A DNA stretch of 64,000 nucleotides from Treponemataceae bacterium (GTDB lineage: Bacteria > Spirochaetota > Spirochaetia > Treponematales > Rectinemataceae): positions 1,344,001 to 1,408,000 of the forward strand of contig CAXXHO010000003.1 of NCBI GenBank assembly GCA_963667725.2, in the 5' to 3' direction. Below are positions 1 through 9,359 of the stretch, in pieces. The translations under genes and the position numbers were made by a program. The notes beneath the pieces were generated by a model, which did no database searches, was not told the origin of the DNA, and saw only the letters and a program-made list of their open reading frames with translations. Each line of letters starts with the position of its first letter. Position 1 is the stretch's first letter.

Positions 1-1
1 C

Positions 2-337
2 ACGGGGCCGACACCTCTCTATGTTCTCTCGCTCGATGCCCATAAAAACAGAGTCATCGTAGGCCCTAATGCAGGGCTCTTCTCATCAGGGCTACGATGC
101 GGCAATTTCAGGTTCCAGGACCCATGCATGGCCGGGGGGAAAGTGGCCGGGCTGGCGAAAATCCGACAGAACCACAAGCCCGTATCATGTTCGGTCACCT
201 GCTCGGGACAGGGCGTCGCCGTCGAATTTGAGATCGCTCAGAGGGCTGTGGCGCCCGGTCAATCCTTCGTCCTCTATTCCGGTGATGGTCTTGTTTTGGG
301 TGGCGGCATCATCGATGAGGCGATCCCGGCGGAATAG
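2..337 (+). CDS. mnmA: tRNA 2-thiouridylase MnmA, C-terminal part (truncated by window start)
   Basis: Frame open from base 2: PLYVLSLDAHKNRVIVG...KIRQNH...VEFEIAQRAVAPGQSFVLYSGDGLVLGGGII, the MnmA C-terminal signature. Confidence 0.9.
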   Translation, partial: TGPTPLYVLSLDAHKNRVIVGPNAGLFSSGLRCGNFRFQDPCMAGGKVAGLAKIRQNHKPVSCSVTCSGQGVAVEFEIAQRAVAPGQSFVLYSGDGLVLGGGIIDEAIPAE

Positions 338-347
338 ACGCGGCGTG

Positions 348-377
348 TTGACGCTGAGCCGCGGCAATGAGTACTAT
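348..377 (+). promoter_or_regulatory. sigma70-like promoter of tmRNA
   Basis: TTGACG-18 nt-TACTAT just upstream of the tmRNA 5' end. Confidence 0.6.
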
Positions 378-390
378 TCAATCTGTGATC

Positions 391-751
391 GGGGGTGCAC
401 TGGTTTCGACTCGTGCGGTCCGTATCATGCGTTGCAGGTGGAGACGCCGACCTCCTAACATTCGGCAAACTTTTACTTGCCAACAACAATGGCAATCTCG
501 CTCTCGCCGCGTAAGTAGCGTAGAACGACGGACGTCCCGATGCGCCGCCCTGAGCGTCGGAAACGTCTGCAACTGACCGGGGCTCACTTCCCGCGCAGTC
601 CGGGGCGCGGGGAGGAAAACAAACCGGAATACGAATCGGGGGAGCGCGCCGTCCCGCGCCCCTGGTTTCGACAACCCAAATGGATGGACAAACCTGTAGA
701 TGCGTGTGGTGCGCGTTCGGGGACGGGGGTTCGACTCCCCCCACCTCCACA
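391..751 (+). ncRNA. ssrA: tmRNA; tag peptide (A)ANNNGNLALAA at 479-514
   Basis: 5' GGGGGTGCACTGGTTTCGAC, 3' T-arm GGGGGTTCGACTCCCCC and acceptor CACCTCCA; internal frame GCC AAC AAC AAT GGC AAT CTC GCT CTC GCC GCG TAA. Confidence 0.97.
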
Positions 752-757
752 AACCTT

Positions 758-789
758 CGAGGGGCTGTCCGGCGTCGGACAGCCCCTCG
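758..789 (+). terminator. hairpin downstream of tmRNA
   Basis: CGAGGGGCTGTCCG-gcgt-CGGACAGCCCCTCG perfect inverted repeat; weak U-tract. Confidence 0.6.
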
Positions 790-807
790 TCAATTAAAGG
801 AATCTAT

Positions 808-1401
808 ATGATCGGCTCGATATGCGTATTCTGCGGCTCGTCTCAAGGCGTTTCGCCCGTCTACGGCGAAATGGCCGTAGATCTAGGCAGGCTCATAGCC
901 CGCAGAGGCATTACCCTCGTCTATGGCGGCGGCAACGTCGGCACTATGGGGATTCTGGCGGAAGCGGCCATGAAAGAAGGCGGCAAGGTAATCGGAATCA
1001 TCCCGGTGCGCCTGAACGAAATGGTGGACCATATGGAACTCTCCGAACTTTTTGTCGTGAAGGACATGCATGAGCGCAAAGCCCTCATGCAGGAAAAGGC
1101 CGATGCCTTCATCACCCTGCCCGGCGGTATAGGCACCATGGAAGAACTTTTCGAAGTGTGGGCATGGCGATACATCGGCTACCATTCCAAGCCGGTAGGC
1201 CTCATCAACGCCAACGGATTTTACGACGATCTTCTAAAGCTGCTCACGAAGATGACGGACGAGGGGTTCATGAAGAAAGCCATGCTGGACGATCTCTGCG
1301 TCGCCGACAACCCCAAGGACATTCTCGAGGCGATAGAAGCCAAGATAGCGGCCGGCCTCGCTCCCACACTGAAGGTGCCGGAGAGGCGAAGCCGAGTCTG
1401 A
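808..1401 (+). CDS. LOG family nucleotide phosphoribohydrolase (TIGR00730-like)
   Basis: ICVFCGSS, LVYGGG.VG.MG, MHERKALM and PGGIGTMEE motifs; AAGGA RBS before ATG 808. Confidence 0.92.
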   Translation: MIGSICVFCGSSQGVSPVYGEMAVDLGRLIARRGITLVYGGGNVGTMGILAEAAMKEGGKVIGIIPVRLNEMVDHMELSELFVVKDMHERKALMQEKADAFITLPGGIGTMEELFEVWAWRYIGYHSKPVGLINANGFYDDLLKLLTKMTDEGFMKKAMLDDLCVADNPKDILEAIEAKIAAGLAPTLKVPERRSRV

Positions 1402-1413
1402 CGGCATTTACGC

Positions 1414-2853
1414 CTATCTCGCCTTAAGATACTTTTTAATGAGCCCCAGTTTCAGCTCGCGCAGCTTCGTGGATATGGAAACCTTGTAGACATGGGGATT
1501 CAGTTGCCGGAGATAGGTAGTATCGAAGGATTCCAGCCTTTTGGCCAAATATTCCTGACTGCTCCGCAGATCGGGTTGACCGCCTACCGTCTTGCCGTTC
1601 TCCATCACTTTGGATAAAAGCGGTTCCACCATGGCGGGCTGGATGGACAGTTTGCGATAGTCGCCCATCGGATGATTGGCCGTGATCACGGTCCCCGTTT
1701 CGGGCACCTCTTCATCGAGCGTAATCAGATCCAACCTGGCCGTTCCGCTTTCATCGTAGAGTCTGTAGAGGTTTTTCCTGCCGGGATTCGTCGATTTTTC
1801 CGGATTATCCGAAACCTTCATCACCGCTTTTTCAGTAGTCCCGTTCCGCATGGCAGCAAGTTTATAGACACCGGTGAAAGCCGCTTCGTCACCGCCCGTC
1901 ACCAGCTTGGTTCCCACGCCCCATACATCGATGGGCGCTTTCGAGCTTTTCAGGTGCTCGATGATGGTTTCGTCGAGTTCATTGGAGACGACGATCCTGG
2001 CATCGGGAAAACCGGCATTGTCCAGCCTTTCGCGTACCTTTCTCGTGAGATAGTCGATATCCCCCGAATCCAGGCGAACGCCGAAGGAAGATCCCTTCGC
2101 CGCGAGTTCCTTCCCCACGATTATCGCGTTGTTGATGCCCGACTCAAGGGTGTTGTAGGTATCGATCAGCAGAACCGCGTTGCTTGGATAGATCTCGGCG
2201 TAGGCTCTGAAGGCGTCCAGTTCGGACGGGAAGGTCATCACCCAGGAATGGGCCATGGTTCCCAGGACAGGCATGCCGAAGAGCTTGCCGGCCAGGGTGT
2301 TCGAAGTGCCATAGGCTCCGCCGATGAAAGCCGCCCTTGCCGCTGAGATGGCTCCGTCAGCTCCTTGCGCCCGCCGCAAGCCGAACTCCATGATCCTGCC
2401 CCTCTCCGAGGCAAGCCAGATGCGCGCCGATTTCGTGGCGATCAGGCTCTGGAAGTTAAGGGTATTGAGGACGAGGCCTTCCACTATCTGAGCCTGCACC
2501 AGATCGCCCTCGATGCGGACAATTGGCTCCTGAGGGAATATGAGCTCGCCTTCCTTCACCGACAGAAGCTCCCCTTTAAACCTGAAGTCCTTAAGGTAAT
2601 CCAGGAAACCTTTGTCGAAAATTCCGAGGGACTCAAGATAAGCCAGATCGTCCTGCGTGAAATGAAAATTCTCGAGCGCCTCGAGGAGAGTGCCGAGACC
2701 GGCGAAGACCGAGTAGCCTCCGGCAAAAGGCTGGCGGCGGAAAAAGTAATCGAAGACAACCTTGTGCTCGTTTATGCCCCGCTTCCAGTAGCCTTGGGCC
2801 ATCGTAAGCTCGTAAAAATCGGTAAAAAGAGCGTTGTTCATTATTTCATTCAT
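1414..2853 (-). CDS. pncB: nicotinate phosphoribosyltransferase
   Basis: TDFYELTM, EFGLRRAQG, GTMAHSW, LIDTY, VRLDSGD, SNELDE, WGVGT; ATG overlaps the pncA stop (ATGA). Confidence 0.95.
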   Translation of the reverse strand: MNEIMNNALFTDFYELTMAQGYWKRGINEHKVVFDYFFRRQPFAGGYSVFAGLGTLLEALENFHFTQDDLAYLESLGIFDKGFLDYLKDFRFKGELLSVKEGELIFPQEPIVRIEGDLVQAQIVEGLVLNTLNFQSLIATKSARIWLASERGRIMEFGLRRAQGADGAISAARAAFIGGAYGTSNTLAGKLFGMPVLGTMAHSWVMTFPSELDAFRAYAEIYPSNAVLLIDTYNTLESGINNAIIVGKELAAKGSSFGVRLDSGDIDYLTRKVRERLDNAGFPDARIVVSNELDETIIEHLKSSKAPIDVWGVGTKLVTGGDEAAFTGVYKLAAMRNGTTEKAVMKVSDNPEKSTNPGRKNLYRLYDESGTARLDLITLDEEVPETGTVITANHPMGDYRKLSIQPAMVEPLLSKVMENGKTVGGQPDLRSSQEYLAKRLESFDTTYLRQLNPHVYKVSISTKLRELKLGLIKKYLKAR

Positions 2854-3467
2854 TGGATCATCTCTTTCAGCGCGACGATGCGGCAGCCCGCGCTTTTCAT
2901 TGTTTCGATGGCCTTCCCGGCATCGCCGGGGGCAGCATCCACGGCCTTGATTCCCTCGGCGACAATATCGACGCCGAGCCCCAGCCTGCGGGCGTCCATG
3001 GCCGTAGCCTTGACGCAATAGTCGGTGGCAAGCCCGACCACGACGATGGATCGGATGCCAAGCGCTTCCAGCCACCCGGATAGCCCGGTGGAAGTCACCC
3101 CATCGTTCTCGAAAAAGGCGGAATAGCTGTCCAGACCGGGATTTGTCCCCTTGCGAAGGATCAGCCGGGCAAGGTCGGCTCTGAGCCCCGGATGGAAATC
3201 CGCTCCCCTCGATCCGGCCACGCAGTGATCCGGCCAGAGCACCCGCGGGGGACTGACGCTTTCATCGAGGGCGTAAGCCTTTTTCCCCGCCGAGGAAGCG
3301 AAAGATACATGGCCTCGGGGATGCCAGTCCTGCGTAAGGACCGATAGAGGCATTCTCCCCAGCAGCAGGTTGGCTACCGGTATGACTTCATCGCCATGGG
3401 CAACCGCGAGGGCGCCCCCTGGGCAAAAATCGTTCTGTACGTCGACGACAATCAAGGCTGAATGCAT
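2850..3467 (-). CDS. pncA: nicotinamidase/pyrazinamidase
   Basis: VVDVQNDFCPGGALAV, TQDWHP, WPDHCV, DSYSAF, GLATDYCV. Confidence 0.95.
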   Translation of the reverse strand: MHSALIVVDVQNDFCPGGALAVAHGDEVIPVANLLLGRMPLSVLTQDWHPRGHVSFASSAGKKAYALDESVSPPRVLWPDHCVAGSRGADFHPGLRADLARLILRKGTNPGLDSYSAFFENDGVTSTGLSGWLEALGIRSIVVVGLATDYCVKATAMDARRLGLGVDIVAEGIKAVDAAPGDAGKAIETMKSAGCRIVALKEMIQ

Positions 3468-3568
3468 TGCTGTACCTTCATCTTCTGCGGATACCTATAA
3501 CTATACTGGCAGAACGGATTTTCGGAAAGCGTGGGCGTGACAAGATCGGAATATTCGTCCGATGGAGA

Positions 3569-5197
3569 TCAATCCCGAGCGGTGGAAAATCCCATTGTCA
3601 GGCTAGGGAACCGAGCGGGCAAGGCGTCAAGGGCATAGCCACCTTCCGGGCTCTTCAACGCCAAAGTCACCGCGAGATTTCCTAAAACCAGAATTTTTTG
3701 GGTCAGCTCTCCCGATATCGAAAAAGAAAAAAGAGAATCCGTCCTTTTCGCCGAGACGCCTATTTTCACGCTTCCCTGCCCCAGCCATGTTCCTGATGCC
3801 GAATCCACCCACCGCAAGCCGCATTCACCCCCGATCGAACGAAGGCTGATGCTGTCGCCAGCGCTGTTTGTCAGCCACTCCAGCGGCGACAATCCTCCAC
3901 TTTCCGCGAAGTCCTCCTCATCATCATTTTCAGTTGCCGTCGCATCCTCGTCCACGCCGTTTCTCGAGAATGACAGCTTGCCTGCAGCCCTGAATGTCAA
4001 GCGATGGGAATCGACAGGCGTCTGGCTGTAGCGGAGAGAAAGCGATCCGCTCCGCCATCCGCCCGCGTCGGCCGAAAGCCTGCTGGCAAGACTGAAGGCT
4101 CCCAACCCCGCATCAACGGCGACGCTCAATAGGTCGGTCCGCCATAGCCAGAGCAAAGCTTCCACCGCCCGCAGATCTTCCCTGATCAAGGCCTGTTTTC
4201 CGCTTGAAGAATCATCTTCCGACAAGGATCCCGCCATGATTCTTGCCGTGAAATTCCATGCCTGCCCCTTGATCGAGGCTTTGGCGTCAGCTAAAAAATC
4301 ATAGAGAGAAGCTTCTCCCGAAACCGTTCTGTAAGGCCTGCTGGATGCAAAAACCGAAAAGCTCGTGCCGATGGATGCCAGGTTTGAGCCGAAAACCTTT
4401 ATAGGCCTTCCGTAAGCCCAATCCAGAGAAGCGGCTAAACCCGGATTTCCCAGATATCCAGCGCTGCCGGAAACCCAGGCGCCCGCCCGAGAATTCCCCA
4501 GTGCCATCCTGGCTGCCGAGGCGAGCGTAAAAAAAGTGGAACCGGGAGTAAAGGATGCTCCCGCCCGCCAGCCGTCGCCCGATACTTCGGCCGGCCTGTC
4601 GGCCAGGCTTGCTGAAAAAGCGAAGGACAGGGTTTCCGCGGTCTTCGACAACTCGATCCCCGCAGCGCGAAAGGATTCGTTGAACATTCTGCTTGAAGCG
4701 CTCGCATTGGCATCGGAATCGCTATCGACACTCACTTCAGATTGTATGCTTTTGGGTACAGCAAGCACGAAAATCTTAAGCCAGCCCGAACCGAATCCGA
4801 AAAGGAGCGAGTTTTTCGCTCCTTCCTCGCAGGCAAACCAGAGGCTGTCGGAAGGAGCCGATACGACGCTATAGGGCTTAACCTTCAAGGCCATACTGTC
4901 TTTTGTCTTGCCTGAACCCCAGAAGGCGACATAATCCTTCGAGCTATACGTAAGGTGCGGACTGCTGACGGTCGCTTCATCTAGAATCAACCCAACGCCA
5001 CAGGCTAGCTTTATGGCTTCGGGGAGGGAGTACTCGATCTTGGCGATCACCTCTTCCTCGTCGATCGAGATTTTTCCGGAAAGGCTCAGCCGCGACGCCT
5101 CCGCTGATCGCGGGAGCCCTTTGATGTCGCCGCAAACCGCGAAGAACAATAGAAAAAGAATCAGTTTCTTCACATAAAAGGAACGCGAGATAGCCAT
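3569..5197 (-). CDS. hypothetical exported protein, beta-strand-rich (possible outer-membrane protein)
   Basis: 542-aa ORF with a signal-like N-terminus (KKLILFLLFFAVC) and many Gly/Ser/aromatic alternating segments; no family recognised. Confidence 0.65.
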   Translation of the reverse strand: MAISRSFYVKKLILFLLFFAVCGDIKGLPRSAEASRLSLSGKISIDEEEVIAKIEYSLPEAIKLACGVGLILDEATVSSPHLTYSSKDYVAFWGSGKTKDSMALKVKPYSVVSAPSDSLWFACEEGAKNSLLFGFGSGWLKIFVLAVPKSIQSEVSVDSDSDANASASSRMFNESFRAAGIELSKTAETLSFAFSASLADRPAEVSGDGWRAGASFTPGSTFFTLASAARMALGNSRAGAWVSGSAGYLGNPGLAASLDWAYGRPIKVFGSNLASIGTSFSVFASSRPYRTVSGEASLYDFLADAKASIKGQAWNFTARIMAGSLSEDDSSSGKQALIREDLRAVEALLWLWRTDLLSVAVDAGLGAFSLASRLSADAGGWRSGSLSLRYSQTPVDSHRLTFRAAGKLSFSRNGVDEDATATENDDEEDFAESGGLSPLEWLTNSAGDSISLRSIGGECGLRWVDSASGTWLGQGSVKIGVSAKRTDSLFSFSISGELTQKILVLGNLAVTLALKSPEGGYALDALPARFPSLTMGFSTARD

Positions 5198-5294
5198 ATT
5201 CCCGCTTCACCCTATCGTAAATGTCCATGAAATATTGACGATTGACTGATTATATATTAATATTTGAATATAGATTTTCCCCCGGGAGGCTTAG

Positions 5295-5525
5295 ATGTCT
5301 GTCACGCTATATTCGACCCCTAGTTGCGCCTACTGCAGGATGGCAAAAGACTATTTCAAGACAAAGGGCGTGCCCTTTACCGAATATAATGTCGCTTCGG
5401 ACCAGCGCAAGGCCGATGAGATGGTACGGAAATCCGGTCAAATGGGCGTTCCCGTAATCGATGTCAACGGAAGCATCATCATCGGCTTCAACAAGCCAGA
5501 AATCGAACGCGCCCTGCATCGCTGA
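5295..5525 (+). CDS. glutaredoxin-like protein (NrdH/YruB type)
   Basis: YSTPSCAYC (CxxC), GVPVI, IIGFN; GGGAGG RBS. Confidence 0.92.
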   Translation: MSVTLYSTPSCAYCRMAKDYFKTKGVPFTEYNVASDQRKADEMVRKSGQMGVPVIDVNGSIIIGFNKPEIERALHR

Positions 5526-5579
5526 AAGCGCTGAACGCCCCGCAACGGCACTCCCCGCGCCCCGTGGATGCAACAAATG

Positions 5580-5613
5580 AAAAGCCCATGAACATTGCCG
5601 TTCATGGGCTTTT
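5580..5613. terminator. intrinsic terminator
   Basis: AAAAGCCCATGAAC-attgcc-GTTCATGGGCTTTT. Confidence 0.75.
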
Positions 5614-5666
5614 GCTTTATTATGCATGGCGGCTGCCCATATTTACCGCGCGGCCGGGAGCCATCG

Positions 5667-6452
5667 ATGAACCAGGATCAAGTAAAATCCATACTGCTCG
5701 ACGTTGAAGAATGCCCTACCCCTTTTACGCTGGTCTTCTCCGGCAAAGCCAATAAAAAGGTCAATGGACTCTATAAGCCAGAAAACGCCGAAATCGTTCT
5801 CCATAACAAGAACTTCGAATCGGACAATCAGCTGCTTTATACGGCGCTCCACGAATACGCCCACCACCTGCACCATGTTCGCCGCGGCGGTTTGCAGCAG
5901 TCGCGTCCGCATACCCAGGAATTCTGGGCGATATTTCATGTTTTGGTCCAGAAAGCCCAGGAGAAGGGCTATTACGAGAATATATTCGAGACAGTACCCG
6001 AATTCATCGAGCTCACGAAAACGATAAAAGAAAACTGCATACTGGCCAACGGCGAGATAATGCTCGAATTCGGCAGGCTCCTCGCCCAGGCATCACAGTT
6101 ATGCCGGGTTCACAGGGCAAGATTCGAAGACTATATCGAACGAGTACTTGGAGTTCCCAGGGCGACGGCCACCGCGGCCGTGACGGCGCAGCAGATCGGC
6201 CTCGATCCCGGGATGGGCTGGGACAGTCTTCGCTTCGTGTCGGGAATTCATGACGCCGACGAGCGCACGAAGGCTATCGAAGCGTTGTCGGCCGGCGCGA
6301 GCCCGACCTCGGTCAAAGGCTTTCTGAAAAGCGCCGATGCCGCGGAAGATCCCGCTGACCGTCTCTTCAAGGAAAAGGCCAGGATAGAAAAGACGATCCG
6401 AAGCCTCTCGGAACGTCTCGAGGAAATCGAGAGAAAGCTTTCTGAGATATAG
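5667..6452 (+). CDS. hypothetical protein: SprT-like HExxH domain, HTH-like segment and C-terminal coiled coil
   Basis: TALHEYAHH...H.QEFW zincin motif; GGGAG RBS before ATG 5667. Confidence 0.75.
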   Translation: MNQDQVKSILLDVEECPTPFTLVFSGKANKKVNGLYKPENAEIVLHNKNFESDNQLLYTALHEYAHHLHHVRRGGLQQSRPHTQEFWAIFHVLVQKAQEKGYYENIFETVPEFIELTKTIKENCILANGEIMLEFGRLLAQASQLCRVHRARFEDYIERVLGVPRATATAAVTAQQIGLDPGMGWDSLRFVSGIHDADERTKAIEALSAGASPTSVKGFLKSADAAEDPADRLFKEKARIEKTIRSLSERLEEIERKLSEI

Positions 6453-6482
6453 TGGATAATGCGGCCGACTGCCCTGTTAGCC

Positions 6483-7463
6483 TCAGCCCAGCTTGAAGCA
6501 GAGAGGAACCAGAAAAGGGACGACAAGGGAAAGCAGGGCGCCCGACATGAAGCTTATGGGGACAATCCAGGGTCCGGCCGATTGCTCGATGAGGGGCAAG
6601 GTTACGTCCATCGATGTGGCGCCGCCGACGCTGACGGCCATGACAGGGACCTTGCTTCTTCCAAGGAAAGGGATTAGCAGGAGCGCCAGACTTTCGCGAA
6701 ACATATTCGCCAGAAAGGATACGGATCCCAATACCGGGTCGCCAAGGTTGGAGATAAGAACGCCGGAGAGACTATACCAGCCGAATCCCCCCGCCAGCGC
6801 CATGGCCTTGCCCGCCGTAAGCGAAAACAGAGGCACAAGAACAAGGCTGGAAGCCAAGGTTCCCACCATCGTGGCCAAAGGTACGACGAGGGCGGCGGGA
6901 CTGGCAAACGCTTTTTTCAGGCTTGTTCCCGATTGCACGAACTGCATGCCGATGAAAAAGAGCAGCGCGTCCAGGGTCCAGCCCGTTACTCGCCCCATAT
7001 CGAAGGCGGCTGGCGGCAAAAACATCCCCGTCAGCAAGCCGGCGACGACGAAAGCGAGGAGCTTCAGCGGAGCTTTCAGCTGCGCGATGAAAGCGAGGAA
7101 CCTTTTCCTCAACGACCATCGCGGCGCGGATGAGCTGATGGTATCCGACGGGCGCGGTCCGCTCCCTCGCGCTTCCAACCGCCTCAGCCCCGGCACCACA
7201 AAACTGGCGCCATAGACCGCGAGACAGCTTCCCGTCACGGCCAGAACAGCGGTGGCCAAGGCCATGATTCCCATGGTTCCAAGATTCGCGAAGAGTTCCG
7301 GATTGTTGCCGATCCTGAACCCCATGCTGAAGAGAAGCGCCCAAAGGACATAGCGCACTATGCCATCGACGATCGAATTCTTGGGAGCCAGACGGAATTT
7401 GGCGAGCAGAGCTCCGCCGCAGATGAAAAAGAGAAGCGTCAGAATATCGATCAAACCCTGCAT
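6483..7463 (-). CDS. LysO (DUF340) family exporter
   Basis: GFGWYSLSG, NMFRE, GGATSMDVTLP; multiple TM segments. Confidence 0.9.
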   Translation of the reverse strand: MQGLIDILTLLFFICGGALLAKFRLAPKNSIVDGIVRYVLWALLFSMGFRIGNNPELFANLGTMGIMALATAVLAVTGSCLAVYGASFVVPGLRRLEARGSGPRPSDTISSSAPRWSLRKRFLAFIAQLKAPLKLLAFVVAGLLTGMFLPPAAFDMGRVTGWTLDALLFFIGMQFVQSGTSLKKAFASPAALVVPLATMVGTLASSLVLVPLFSLTAGKAMALAGGFGWYSLSGVLISNLGDPVLGSVSFLANMFRESLALLLIPFLGRSKVPVMAVSVGGATSMDVTLPLIEQSAGPWIVPISFMSGALLSLVVPFLVPLCFKLG

Positions 7464-7556
7464 TGCGAAAACCATACCGAAAAATCGCCGTCTTGACCAG
7501 CGGTGATTCTTGACAGAAATCCCCACTCTCCGGACAATGCAGGCCAGAGGTTTCAG

Positions 7557-8405
7557 GTGAGGCAGTTCGACGCGACGATTACGGTAAACCGAGAGGTTTC
7601 CTCTTCATGGAAGATCCTAGGATTCGAATGGCCCAAAGACCTTCCCGTTCCCAAGCCGGGGCAGTTCTTCACGTTCAGGCCAAGAGCCCTGGAGCCCGGG
7701 GATTCGGGATTGCTGCGCAGACCCCTGGCCTTCGCGGCCTTCGCCGACAATATTGCCTATGCGCTCTATCAAATCCGCGGAATAGGCACCAAGGCGCTCG
7801 CAGCGACCTTGGAAGGTTCATCCCTCGATATAATCGGCGCCCTAGGCAACAGTTTTCCCTTGCCCAAGCCAAATGAAAAACCCATTCTTTTAGGCGGCGG
7901 CATCGGGATAGGCCCCCTTCTTTTCTTTCATTCAAGGCTTTCCGCCATGAAACGCGGCTCCGTTTTCGGTCCACGTCTCGTGCTGGGCTTCAGAACATCG
8001 AGCTTTGTGCCTGACTTCGAGGCGGCATTGAAATCGAGGCTCCCTGGAACGGCCAAGGGTCTCCAGGCACTCTCCGAAGGCCTCGCGGCCGCGAAGATAG
8101 CGACCGACGACGGGACGAGAGGATACGCCGGCACCGTCGTGGACTCCCTTGGCGAAGAAATATCGGGAACGGCCAATAATGGCGGGCGGCATTATTACGG
8201 ATGCGGCCCCGGTCCGATGCTGGCCGCCCTGGACGCTTTCGCCGGCGCCGAGGGCTCGCCCTCCCATGTCTCCGTGGAACAATGGATGGCCTGCGGCGTT
8301 GGGGCCTGCCACGGCTGTGTCCTGCCCGCGGCCGGAGGCGGCTACCTCCGGGCTTGCGCCGACGGTCCTGTTTTCAAAAGCGGCGACATTCGGTGGAAGG
8401 AGTGA
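7557..8405 (+). CDS. pyrK: dihydroorotate dehydrogenase B electron transfer subunit
   Basis: PGQF, LRRP, GGGIGIGP, CGP.PML, MACGVGACHGC...CADGPVF; GTG start chosen from GAGG RBS and upstream TTGACA-17-GACAAT (ORF is open from 7503). Confidence 0.9.
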   Translation: MRQFDATITVNREVSSSWKILGFEWPKDLPVPKPGQFFTFRPRALEPGDSGLLRRPLAFAAFADNIAYALYQIRGIGTKALAATLEGSSLDIIGALGNSFPLPKPNEKPILLGGGIGIGPLLFFHSRLSAMKRGSVFGPRLVLGFRTSSFVPDFEAALKSRLPGTAKGLQALSEGLAAAKIATDDGTRGYAGTVVDSLGEEISGTANNGGRHYYGCGPGPMLAALDAFAGAEGSPSHVSVEQWMACGVGACHGCVLPAAGGGYLRACADGPVFKSGDIRWKE

Positions 8406-8407
8406 GC

Positions 8408-9358
8408 ATGGAGCCTGATCTCAGCGTCGCCATTGGCCCCCTCGTCATGCCCAATCCCGTTGGCGTAGCTTCCGGGACCTTCGGCTACGGCCAGGAATAT
8501 CAGGATCTCGTCGAAATCGACAGGCTAGGAGCCCTCTACACGAAGGCGCTTACCCTCGAGGCGCGCGCGGGGAACCGCCCTCCCCGCATCGTGGAAACCC
8601 CGATGGGACTCATCAATTCCATCGGCCTGGCCAATCCCGGGCTGCAGGGATTCCTGAAGGAAAAACTCCCCTACCTAGCGAAGAGGACCTGCCCCATCAT
8701 CGTCAACGTCGGGGGTTCCACCAAGGAAGACTATCTCGCCGTCGTCGAGGGAATCGAAGCCTTCGCGGGCTCTCCTGAAACGGGCAGGCGCTCGGGCGTG
8801 GACGCCTACGAGATCAACGTCTCCTGTCCCAACGTGTCGCATGGAGGCATGTCCTTCGGCACCGATCCTTTCCTCGTCGAAGATCTCACGTCGCGGATAC
8901 GTCGGGTTACGAAAAGAGCGGTCATCATCAAACTCAGCCCGAACGTCACCGATATAGCGGAGATCGCCAAAGCGGCGGAAGCCGGGGGAGCCGACGCCCT
9001 ATCTTGCATCAACACCCTCGTAGGCATGGCGATCGATACCGAACGCTGCCGGCCCCTGATCGCGAGAGGAACCGGCGGGCTGTCAGGCCCGGCCATCCGC
9101 CCGGTCGGCGTCGCGTGCACATGGAAAGTGGCCCATGCGGTGAAGATACCCGTCATCGGCTTGGGCGGCATCGCGTCGGCCAGCGATGCCCTGGAGTACT
9201 TTCTGGCAGGGGCAGTGGCGGTCCAGATAGGCACGGCCCTTTTCGCTGATCCTAAGGCGCCGCTCCGCATCCTCGACGGCATAGCCGCCTGGATGAAGAA
9301 AAAATCCGTGGCCAGCACGAAGGACATCGCCGGACTCCTGGAATTCCAGCAATCCTGA
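8408..9358 (+). CDS. pyrD: dihydroorotate dehydrogenase family 1B catalytic subunit
   Basis: ASGTFG, NSIGLANPG, EINVSCPN, KLSPN, GGLSGPAIRP. Confidence 0.95.
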   Translation: MEPDLSVAIGPLVMPNPVGVASGTFGYGQEYQDLVEIDRLGALYTKALTLEARAGNRPPRIVETPMGLINSIGLANPGLQGFLKEKLPYLAKRTCPIIVNVGGSTKEDYLAVVEGIEAFAGSPETGRRSGVDAYEINVSCPNVSHGGMSFGTDPFLVEDLTSRIRRVTKRAVIIKLSPNVTDIAEIAKAAEAGGADALSCINTLVGMAIDTERCRPLIARGTGGLSGPAIRPVGVACTWKVAHAVKIPVIGLGGIASASDALEYFLAGAVAVQIGTALFADPKAPLRILDGIAAWMKKKSVASTKDIAGLLEFQQS

Positions 9359-9359
9359 G

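Noticed and set aside
274..797. Several short ORFs over 274-797 and the N-terminal extension of the 700-1401 ORF
   Set aside because: They overlap the tmRNA; the LOG gene starts at 808
808..3467. LOG plus pncA/pncB as an NAD-reconstitution or anti-defence module
   Set aside because: Convergent ordinary housekeeping genes with host-like composition and no mobile context
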